A DNA stretch of 64,000 nucleotides, taken from contig CAVUDW010000002.1 in assembly GCA_963740355.1 (NCBI GenBank), forward strand, positions 256,001 through 320,000, written 5' to 3'. Under the pieces are notes generated by a model. The model had not been told where the DNA came from, searched no databases, and worked only from the letters and a program-made list of their open reading frames with translations. Of the stretch, positions 9,235 through 18,500 are shown in pieces (the stretch's first letter is position 1; each line of letters begins with the position of its first letter). Position numbers and translations under genes: made by a program. This DNA is from an uncultured Gemmatimonadaceae bacterium (GTDB lineage Bacteria; Gemmatimonadota; Gemmatimonadetes; Gemmatimonadales; Gemmatimonadaceae).

Positions 9235-10181
9235 CCGGGACGGCCAACACGATTCGCGAGCGGGTGGTGCGCTTCGGGCCGGACAAGCGTCTGGCCGGGA
9301 TTCTCACGCTCAGTCGCGAAGTGCGCGGCGACCTGCCGCACATCGTGATCGTGAATGCCGGAATCATCCATCGGGTGGGCCCGAATCGTCTCTACGTCGA
9401 CCTCGCACGGGCCGCCGCTGCACTCGGCTATCCAGTGCTGCGCTTCGATCTCGCTGGCCTCGGCGATTCCGATGCGATCACCGGCGTGGCATCACTCAAT
9501 GACGCGGCGATGACCGATGTGCAGTCGGCGTACGACTTCCTGACGCAGACACGACAGGCCACGTCGTTCATCATTTTCGGGCTCTGTTCCGGCGCCAACT
9601 TCGCGGTGATGAGCACCTTCATCGAGCCGCGTGTGATTGGGGCCTTGTTGATCGACCCGACGGTGGAACGCACCACGCGCAGCACGCTGATCCACGTGGC
9701 GCGTCGCCTCAAGCATTTCGCCACACTCCAGGCGTTGCTCACGCTCCGGCATCCAATCTTCCAGCGCTCGATTTCGCTGGGCCGCGTGCGCAGCGTGGCG
9801 GTGGCGCGCGCCGCCGAAGGCCAGAGTGGCCAGCGCTACGAGCCGGAACTGCAGGAGACCTCCAGCCGCGGCGCCGTGCGCGCATCGCTGGAAGAAATCG
9901 TCAATCGCGGCGTGCACCTGATGCTGGTCTTCACCGGCGGCGTGAATCACGTCTATAACTACCGCAATCAGTTGTTCGACCTGCTGCCAGGACTGGACTT
10001 CCGCGGACAGCTGCGTCTGGAATACATGCCAAACACGGATCACACGGTCAGCGATGGGCCCGGTCGTGCGCAGTTGCTGGTGTACGTGCGCGAATGGCTG
10101 ACGGCCGCCTTCCCTGCCGCAGCGGTCACCGAAGAGCTCCCGGTGCCAAGTGCCGACGAGCGAACGGAGGCGGTGATATGA
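9231..10181 (+). CDS. Alpha/beta-hydrolase-fold protein with a Cys nucleophile elbow (GLCSG), resembling exosortase-associated hydrolase 1
   Basis: HRVGPNR, LRFDLAGLGDS, GLCSGA at 9579-9593, C-terminal TDHT His motif. ATGA overlap with the upstream gene. Confidence 0.85.
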   Translation: MTGTANTIRERVVRFGPDKRLAGILTLSREVRGDLPHIVIVNAGIIHRVGPNRLYVDLARAAAALGYPVLRFDLAGLGDSDAITGVASLNDAAMTDVQSAYDFLTQTRQATSFIIFGLCSGANFAVMSTFIEPRVIGALLIDPTVERTTRSTLIHVARRLKHFATLQALLTLRHPIFQRSISLGRVRSVAVARAAEGQSGQRYEPELQETSSRGAVRASLEEIVNRGVHLMLVFTGGVNHVYNYRNQLFDLLPGLDFRGQLRLEYMPNTDHTVSDGPGRAQLLVYVREWLTAAFPAAAVTEELPVPSADERTEAVI

Positions 10182-10954
10182 GCGCCGTGGCTTCGCCACC
10201 GGCACTGGTGCGCCTCGGCCATCGCCCTGAACCGCGCCGCCGCCTCTTCTGCTTGCCGTTTGCAGGCGGTGGTGCCGCGGCGTATGGCTTGTGGTGGCGT
10301 TCGCTGCCGGCAGACATCGAGGTGCAGGCCGCGTTGTTGCCGGGTCGCGAATCGCGCATCCGCGAGCAGCCGCTGGACACCATCGCGGCGATGGTGGACG
10401 CTGTCTTGCCATCGATCCAAGCGAAGCTGGACCTGCCCTATGCCATCTTCGGGCACAGCATGGGTGGGCTGCTGGCATTCGAGATTGCGGCGGCGCTGGA
10501 GCGCGCCGGTGGTCCCGCGCCAGAGCACCTTTTCGTGTCAGCGCGGCGTTCACCGGATGAGCCGGACCCTGCGACGCCGATGCATCGGCTGCCGGAGCTC
10601 GAGTTTCTCGACACCATGAACGATCGCTACGGCGCCGTGCCTGAAGCGGTGCGCGCCGAGCGTGAGTTGCTCGAACTGTTGCTGCCAGTGCTGCGGGCAG
10701 ACACCCACGCCATCGAGACCTACGAGCCGTCGCGCGAGCGCCGCGTGCGCTGCAAGGTCCATGTCTTCGGCGGACTCGAAGATCGATATCCAACGCCAGC
10801 GCAGTTGCCGAACTGGCAGCGTGTGGCCGAGCAGCCGATTCGAGTTCGCGTTTTTGCTGGTGATCATTTCTATCTCACGGCCCAGCGCGACGCGCTGACG
10901 GCGGACATTGCTGCCACATGGCAGACCGCTCCAGTAGAGGCGGCACGGGCATGA
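10178..10954 (+). CDS. Type II (editing) thioesterase
   Basis: LFCLPFAGGGA, LPGRESR, FGHSMG, LRAD, GDHFY. Start placed at ATG 10178 (ATGA overlap, GGAGG upstream) rather than 10094. Confidence 0.93.
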   Translation: MSAVASPPALVRLGHRPEPRRRLFCLPFAGGGAAAYGLWWRSLPADIEVQAALLPGRESRIREQPLDTIAAMVDAVLPSIQAKLDLPYAIFGHSMGGLLAFEIAAALERAGGPAPEHLFVSARRSPDEPDPATPMHRLPELEFLDTMNDRYGAVPEAVRAERELLELLLPVLRADTHAIETYEPSRERRVRCKVHVFGGLEDRYPTPAQLPNWQRVAEQPIRVRVFAGDHFYLTAQRDALTADIAATWQTAPVEAARA

Positions 10955-13900
10955 ACGGGCACGGGGCAGGGTCGGTAGCAGCGATGCCGATTGCCATCAT
11001 TGGCATCGGGTGTCGTTTTCCGGGTGGCATCGTCGACACCGACAGTTTCTGGCGGGTGCTGGCCGATGGTGTGGACGCGATCGGTGAAATTCCGGCGGAT
11101 CGCTTCGACATCGCCAAGTACTACGATCCGAAGCCGGGTGTGCGCGGCCGCATCATGACCAAATGGGGTGGCTTCGTCGAGCAGCGCCTCGAGGACTACG
11201 ACGCGGCGTTTTTTGGCATTTCGCGCTCGTATGCCGACCGTCTCGATCCGCAGCAGCGCCTGTTGCTCGAAACATCGTGGGAAGCACTCGAGGATGCGGG
11301 CCTCGATGCGGTGGGGCTGCAGGGATCGGCGACCGGCATTTTCGTCGGCCAGTGGACGAGTGACTTCGAGCATCGCCTCTTCTCGGATGCCAGCGGCATC
11401 GACTTCCAGATGGCGATGGGCAGCGGCCGGTATGCGGCGGCAGGGCGCTTGTCGTACGCGCTCGGTTTCCGCGGACCAAGCCTGTCCATCGATGCCGCCT
11501 GCTCATCGGGACTGGCATCGGTGCACCTCGCGGTGCGGAGCCTGCGCAGTGGCGACAGCGCCGTCGCGCTGGCCGGCGGCGTGAACATGATCATGGAGCC
11601 ACACATCCATCTTGCGTACTCGTACAGCAAGATGATGGCGCCCGATGGTCGTTGTCGCTTCGGTGACGCGGCCGGCAAGGGGTATGTGCGTGCCGAAGGT
11701 GCCGGCATGGTCGTGCTGAAGCCCCTCGACGCGGCGCTCGCTGACGGCGACCACGTCTACGCCGTGATCCGTGGCAGCGCGGTGAACAACGACGGCAACA
11801 GCAGCGGCGCCATGGGGCGACCAAGCCGCATCGGGCAGGAAGAGTTGCTGCGGAGCGCGCTGAACGAAGGTGGTGTTCATGCGTCGCAGCTCGATTATGT
11901 CGAGGCGCACGGTACCGGCACCAAGGCGGGTGACCCGGTAGAGCTGGGAGCGTTGGCGACGGTGCTGGCCGAGGGCCGCCCCGCTGATGCCGCGCCCACC
12001 TGGGTGGGATCGGTAAAGACGAACTTCGGTCACACTGAAGCCGCAGCCGGTGTGGCAGGACTGATCAAGGCGGCGCTGATGCTGGAGCGCGGCATGATTC
12101 CGCCCAGCCTTCACTTCGACACGCCGAACACTGAAGTGCCGTGGGCCAGCATTCCAATTGCCATTCCAACGTCGCTGATGCCGTGGCCGGCACGCAGTGG
12201 CCCACGGTTCGCGGGCGTCAGTTCGTATGGCATCGGTGGCACCAATGCGCATGCCGTCCTCGAGTCGGCACCGGTGGTGGTGCCGGCTGAGCGTGTTGCC
12301 CCACCGAGCGGCACGCCGCTCGTGCTGCCGCTCTCCGGTCGTGGCGACGCGGGCTCGCGCGCAGTGGCGGCGGTGTACGCATCACACCTGGAGCAGCTGG
12401 ATCCAGCTGCCGTCCCCGATTTCTGCTGGACGGCGGCAACACGTCGCTCGGCACTAACACATCGCGCCGCGTTCGTCGCAACCGATCGCGAGGCGCTGAT
12501 CGCCGCGCTGCGTGAGTATGCGACAGGCGGCCCAGCCACGGCCAGCGGCGTGGTGCACGACCGTGCGCGCCGGCGCGTCGCATTCGTGGTGCCGGGTCAG
12601 GGCGCACAGTGGGTCGGCATGGCGCGCCAACTTGCGTCCACCGTGCCGATCTTCCGCGCCGCGCTGGAGCGATGTGATGCGGCCGCACGTCGTATCGTCC
12701 CGTGGTCGATCATCGACCAGCTCTACATCGACGAGGGAACGGCAGCGTTTCAGGGTGACCGCATCGACGTGATCCAGCCGACGTTGATCGCGATCGCGAT
12801 TGCGTATGCAGCGTGGCTTCGTTCCATCGGCATTGAGCCGGATGCGGTGGTCGGGCACAGTCTCGGCGAAGTGGGCGCGGCGGCGATCGCCGGCGTGCTC
12901 GACATCGATTCCGCCATGCGTGTCATCTGCCAGCGCAGCCTGCTGATGCAGCGCACCAGCGGGCAGGGTGCAATGGCGGTCGTCGAGCTCTCGCGTGCGG
13001 AGGCCGAGGCGCGGTTGGTGGGCTACGAGACGCGCGTGTCGATCGCGGTCAGCAACAGCCCGAAGTCGACCGTGATCTCCGGTGATCCGTCGGCAGTGTC
13101 GGAGATTCTGGCCGCGCTCGAACGAGACGGTGTCTTCTGCCGGCTGGTGAAGGTCGACGTTGCGTCGCACAGCCCGCAGATGGATCCGCTGGTGCCGGAA
13201 CTGGTGCAGGCGCTGGACGGGCTGCCGACGATGTCGGGAACGGTGCCGGTATATTCCACGGTCAGTGCGTCGATCGCCGACGGCGACGCATTCGGCGCCA
13301 GCTACTGGGGACAGAACCTTCGACAGCCCGTGCAGTTCGGTGCCACTGTCGAGCGCCTGATCGCCGATGGTTTCACGGCGTTCATCGAACTCGGACCGCA
13401 CCCGGTACTGACGCAGGCGATCGAGCAGACGGCCAAGGGCGTTGGCAAGGACGTGGTGGCGGTGGCATGCGGGCGTCGCGATACGGCGGACCTGCTCGCC
13501 GTGCACAGCGCGGTTGCCTCGCTGTGGACGCGTGGTGTCGCTGTCGACTGGATGCGCACACTGCCTCGCGGTGGGCGCCTCGTGAAGCTGCCGTTTTATC
13601 CATGGCAGCGCGAACGGCATTGGGTGGATGCGGCCGACCTGATCGATGATGCAGGTACCGCGGCACGGAAGTCGTCGCTGGATGAACATGCCAAGCGGGC
13701 GCTGCACACGCTGGTCTGGCAGGAGTCAGCGATGCCGTCGTCGACGACACAGGGATTGTCGACGTGGATCGTGGTTGGCGCGCCGGGAGATGCTGCCGAG
13801 TCGGTCGCCGCGGCCCTGCGCGATGGTGGCGCATCGGCAACTGTCGTGGCCTCGATGGCCGATGCTGGTGTTGCCCTGCGGGCAGAAGAGGATCGACGCG

Positions 13901-15552
13901 ACGCCGGCATCATCGTGCTGCCTGCCAGCGATGCCGACATCGCGTACTCGCCCGTCGCCGGAATGCAGGCGCTGCAACAGTCGATGGGTGATACGCCAGG
14001 CGGCGCGGTACCGCGCGTGTGGTGGGTCACGGTCGGTGCCCATGCGGTTGCGGGCACGGCTCCGGCAGCAGCGTGTGCCGCACGCGCAGCGGCGTGGGGT
14101 GCAGCACGTGTCCTCGGTGAAGAGTATCCGCAGTGGTGGGGCGGGTTGATGGATCTCGATCCCTCGCAGTCGCTCGCGGCGCAGTCACCGGCAATTGTGG
14201 CACACCTCGCGACCGGTACTGCCGAGGATCAGGTGGCGTTCCGCGATGGTACGCGATACGCGCTGCGTCTCGTGCGTGCGGCGGCGCAGCACGCACCACC
14301 AGTCGCGTGGCGTGCTGATGCGGCATACCTGATCACCGGTGGCTTCGGCGGTGTGGCGCTGCAGATGGCCCACGCGATGGTCAGTGACGGCGCTCGACGG
14401 CTGGTCTTGCTTGGCCGTACCACACTGCCCCCTCGCGCCGCCTGGGCCTCGCTCGATCCGGCATCGGCCATTGGCCAACGTGTGGCGGCGGTCCGTGCGC
14501 TGGAGCACGCCGGCGCATCGGTGCACCTGCTGTCGGCGGACATCTCGGATGAAGCCTCGGTCCGTGCCGCCTTGGCCACCTACGAGGCCGAAGGGTGGCC
14601 GCCGATCGATGGCGTGATCCACAATGCGGCCGTGCTCGGGAATCGCCTGGCGCGAGACCTCACGCCGAGTGATTTCGACGCAGTGCTGGCGCCGAAGCTG
14701 GGCGGTGCGACGGTGCTCGATCGCATCTTCCCGACCGTCTCGGTGTTTGTGCTGTCGTCATCGATCAGCGCGTACTGGGCACCGCCGGGCATGGCGAACT
14801 ACGCCGCTGCCAACGCCGGTGTCGATGCGCTGGCAGCAGCGCGGCGCGCGCGCGGTGTGCACGCCGTGAGCATCCAATGGTGCCCATGGCACGACGTCGG
14901 GATGCACCACTCCGCCAACATGTCGCGCAACTTCGACGAGATGGCGAAGATGGGCGTGCGTTCGATCACGGGTGAAGAGGGTGTGGCGTTCTTCCGCGCA
15001 CTGATCACGCGGCCCGAGTCGGTGCTCAGTGTGCTCCCCATCGACTGGGGTACGTATCGCAAGGCGCGTCGCGGTCGCGATGCGTCGGTGTTCCGCGCCA
15101 TTCCCGACGCATTGCCGCAGGCCAGCGATGCGGAGGCGACGGATGGCGTGCTGCAGCAGCTGAAAGCGGCAAGTGTCATCGATCGTCGCACCTTGCTCGA
15201 CACGCTGGTGCGCAACGTCGTGGCCGGCGTGATTCGTCGGCCGGCGGCACAACTCGATGCACAGCAGCCATTCGGCGCCGTGGGCGTGGACTCGCTGATG
15301 GCACTCGAGATTCGTAATCGACTGGAGACGGCGCTCGAACGACGGTTGACGGCGACGCTGACATGGAACTATCCCACCGTCGAAGCGCTGGCAGCGCATC
15401 TCGATACACTGATCGCGCCAGTGTCACCCGCAGGAGTGGCAGCCGTGCCTGAGGCAGCGGCGGAGCAGGTCGAGGAGACGGTGCCTGCGTTCGCTGAGAT
15501 CGTCGCGCTGTCGGACGCCGATGCGTTGCGTGCGCTGCGGCGTGGGAAGTAG
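10951..15552 (+). CDS. PKS module M1: KS-AT(non-malonyl, VASH)-KR(A-type)-ACP
   Basis: KS DAACSS, EAHGTGT, GHTEAAAG. AT RIDVIQP, GHSLG, DVASHS. KR lacks LDD and has Trp 8 residues before YAAAN. ACP GVDSLM. Start ATG 10951 overlaps the TEII stop. Confidence 0.94.
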   Translation: MNGHGAGSVAAMPIAIIGIGCRFPGGIVDTDSFWRVLADGVDAIGEIPADRFDIAKYYDPKPGVRGRIMTKWGGFVEQRLEDYDAAFFGISRSYADRLDPQQRLLLETSWEALEDAGLDAVGLQGSATGIFVGQWTSDFEHRLFSDASGIDFQMAMGSGRYAAAGRLSYALGFRGPSLSIDAACSSGLASVHLAVRSLRSGDSAVALAGGVNMIMEPHIHLAYSYSKMMAPDGRCRFGDAAGKGYVRAEGAGMVVLKPLDAALADGDHVYAVIRGSAVNNDGNSSGAMGRPSRIGQEELLRSALNEGGVHASQLDYVEAHGTGTKAGDPVELGALATVLAEGRPADAAPTWVGSVKTNFGHTEAAAGVAGLIKAALMLERGMIPPSLHFDTPNTEVPWASIPIAIPTSLMPWPARSGPRFAGVSSYGIGGTNAHAVLESAPVVVPAERVAPPSGTPLVLPLSGRGDAGSRAVAAVYASHLEQLDPAAVPDFCWTAATRRSALTHRAAFVATDREALIAALREYATGGPATASGVVHDRARRRVAFVVPGQGAQWVGMARQLASTVPIFRAALERCDAAARRIVPWSIIDQLYIDEGTAAFQGDRIDVIQPTLIAIAIAYAAWLRSIGIEPDAVVGHSLGEVGAAAIAGVLDIDSAMRVICQRSLLMQRTSGQGAMAVVELSRAEAEARLVGYETRVSIAVSNSPKSTVISGDPSAVSEILAALERDGVFCRLVKVDVASHSPQMDPLVPELVQALDGLPTMSGTVPVYSTVSASIADGDAFGASYWGQNLRQPVQFGATVERLIADGFTAFIELGPHPVLTQAIEQTAKGVGKDVVAVACGRRDTADLLAVHSAVASLWTRGVAVDWMRTLPRGGRLVKLPFYPWQRERHWVDAADLIDDAGTAARKSSLDEHAKRALHTLVWQESAMPSSTTQGLSTWIVVGAPGDAAESVAAALRDGGASATVVASMADAGVALRAEEDRRDAGIIVLPASDADIAYSPVAGMQALQQSMGDTPGGAVPRVWWVTVGAHAVAGTAPAAACAARAAAWGAARVLGEEYPQWWGGLMDLDPSQSLAAQSPAIVAHLATGTAEDQVAFRDGTRYALRLVRAAAQHAPPVAWRADAAYLITGGFGGVALQMAHAMVSDGARRLVLLGRTTLPPRAAWASLDPASAIGQRVAAVRALEHAGASVHLLSADISDEASVRAALATYEAEGWPPIDGVIHNAAVLGNRLARDLTPSDFDAVLAPKLGGATVLDRIFPTVSVFVLSSSISAYWAPPGMANYAAANAGVDALAAARRARGVHAVSIQWCPWHDVGMHHSANMSRNFDEMAKMGVRSITGEEGVAFFRALITRPESVLSVLPIDWGTYRKARRGRDASVFRAIPDALPQASDAEATDGVLQQLKAASVIDRRTLLDTLVRNVVAGVIRRPAAQLDAQQPFGAVGVDSLMALEIRNRLETALERRLTATLTWNYPTVEALAAHLDTLIAPVSPAGVAAVPEAAAEQVEETVPAFAEIVALSDADALRALRRGK

Positions 15553-15558
15553 GTCGTC

Positions 15559-18500
15559 ATGACTGGGCCTGCGGCGTCACTGACCGGCATGTCGGCCGTC
15601 AAGCTTGCCTTGATGGCCAAGCAGGCGCGCGCGCAGCTGGGCGCCATTGCCCGCGCCGAGCCGATTGCGGTGATCGGCATGGGCTGTCGGTTTCCGGGTG
15701 GTGCCGACTCGCCGGAACAGTTCTGGGCGGTGCTGCGCGATGGTGTCGATGCGGTGGGCGAAATTCCCCGCACACGGTGGGACGTGGATGCATTCCACGA
15801 TGCTGATCCCGCCGCTCCGGGAAAGATCGCGGTTGGCTTCGGTGGGTTCGTGGACGGTGTGGACCAGTTCGACGCCTCGTTCTTCGGCATCATGCGGCGC
15901 GAAGCCGAGCGAATGGACCCGCAACATCGAGTCTTTCTCGAAGTCGCGGTGGATGCACTCGATCACGCTGGCCTCACGCGTGAGAAGCTGGCGGGGTCGC
16001 AGACCGGCGTCTTCATCGCGAGTTATCACAGCGACTACAACCTGCTGCAGTTCGCCGACCGTGATGCGATTGACGCCCGCACGCTGACAGGCACGCAGCA
16101 CAGCGTCCTCGCGAACCGCTTGTCGTATCTGCTGGACCTGCGCGGACCCAGCATATCGATCGATACGGCCTGTTCGTCGTCACTGGTGGCGATTCACCTC
16201 GCCTGCCAGAGCCTGCGCACCGGCGAGAGCAGCGTGGTGCTGGCGGGCGGTGTGTCGCTGATGCTGGCGCCGGAGATGATGATCACGCTGTCGAAGGTCG
16301 GCTTCATGTCACCCAGTGGCCGCTGCCGCACCTTCGATGCGCTGGCTGACGGCTTCATTCGTGGTGAAGGCTGCGGTGTGGTGGTGCTGAAGCGGCTCAG
16401 TGATGCGATCGCCGACGGTGATCGCGTGCTGTCGGTGATTCGTGGTACGGCGGTGAACCAGGATGGTCATTCGACGGTGCTCGCCGCCCCCAACGGGCTC
16501 GCGCAGCAGGCGCTGGTGCGCGAAGCCTTGAGCAACGCGCAGCTGACCCCGGATCGCGTCGGTTTCGTCGAGACACACGGGACAGCCACGCCACTTGGTG
16601 ATCCGATCGAAGTCGAGGCGCTGGCCGCGACGATCGGCGCACCACGGCCGGACGGCGGTGTGTGCTACCTGGGCTCGGCGAAGGCGAATCTCGGGCACAT
16701 GGAAGCAGCGTCTGGTGTCGCGGGCTTGATCAAGGCCACTCTGGTGCTGCAGCATGGCGAGATCCCGCGTCAGGTGCACTTCACGAAGCTGAATCCGCAT
16801 CTCTCGTTGGCTGGCACCTGCCTCGCCGTCGCCGATGCGCATCGGGAGTGGCCAGCTGGAGCAGTGCCGCGGGTGGCCGGCGTGAGCGGGTTCGGCGTCG
16901 GCGGTACGAACGCGCATGTGCTGGTCGAGGAAGCGCCAGTCTTTCCCGCTGACGATACCGCCGCCCCTGCCGGTGCGCAGCTGTTGCCGTTGTCCGCACA
17001 GTCACCAGCCGCCTTGCGGGCACTGGCCGAGAAATGGATTCCGTTTCTCGAGGCCAGCGAGACACCGCTGGCCGCCATTTGTGCAACAGCTGGGACACGT
17101 CGCTCGCACTACGACCATCGCCTTGCAGTGACCGCAGAAAGTGCGGCGCAGATGGCGGCACAGTTGCATGCGTGGACACAGGGCGACGTCAGCTCGGTGG
17201 CCTCGGGTGCGCGACCGTCCGCCGGTGGTTCGCGCATCGCGTTCGTGTTCAGTGGTCAAGGGCCACAGTGGGCGCAGATGGGGCGCGAACTCGCCGCCAG
17301 TGAACCGGTGTTCCGCGATGCGCTGGCTGATCTGGATGCGCGCTTCAAGGTGCTGGGCGGCTGGTCGCTGATCGATGCGCTGGCGGAGCCGGCGGAAACG
17401 TCGCGTGTGATGGAAACGGAGGTGGCGCAGCCAGCCATCTTCGCGATCCAGGTGGCGCAGGCCGCGTTGTGGGCATCGTGGGGTGTGACGCCCGATGTCG
17501 TGCTCGGCCACAGTATCGGCGAGCTGGCGGCGATGTACGTCGCTGGTGTGCTGTCACTGGACGATGCAGTGCGCATCGTCTTCCATCGCGGTCGCATCAT
17601 GCAGGCGGCGACGGGAAACGGTCGCATGCTGGCCGTCGGGCTCACCGAAGCCGACGCGACTGCGCTGCAGCACGAGATTGGCGCAGCACTGTCGCTGGCC
17701 GCAGTCAATGGGCCGCGCAGTACTGTGCTGGCCGGTACTGCGGCCGCAGTGGATACCGCGATCGCCGCGCTCGATGCGCGCGCTGTGCAGCATCGCACAC
17801 TCCCGGTGGAGTATGCGTTTCACTCGGCACAGATGGCGCCGTTTGCCACCGACCTCGTGTCGGCGATCGGTGTCGTCCAGTCGTACCCAGCGCGGATTGC
17901 CTTGCTATTCGAGCGTGACCGGTGCACGGATCGAGCACACGGCCATCGACGCCGGATATTTCGGTCGCAATGTCCGAGAAACGGTGCGGTTCGCGCAGGC
18001 CGTCGAGACAATCCTCGCGTCGCGTGTGGATGCCTTTGTCGAGCTGGCGCCGCATCCCGTGCTGTCGGCGTCGCTGGCCGAGTGCATCAGCGATCGCGCC
18101 CTGGATGTGCCAGTGCTGTCATCGATGCGGCGCGGGCGTGGTGAACGTGACGCAATGCTGCAGGCATGCGCTGGTGTGTACGTGACCGGCCTGACGCCTG
18201 ATTGGTCCGCAATCCTGCCGCCGCTCGACCAACCGGTCGACCTGCCGTCGTATCCGTGGCAGCGCGAGCGCTACTGGTTGCGCGAGTTCGATCGGTTTGG
18301 TGGCATCACCGCGCCGGCAGCCGCCGTGGCGGAACCGTCGCTGCTGGGTGCACGCAGCAGCGATCAAGGCGACGGTTCGATCAGCTTCGAGGGTCGGTGG
18401 CCGACGCCTGGCATCTCGTGGCTCTCGGACCATCGCATCGGTGGCAGGATCGTGATGCCTGGCGCTGCGATGCTCGAGTTGCTGCGAGCAGCAGCGAGCG

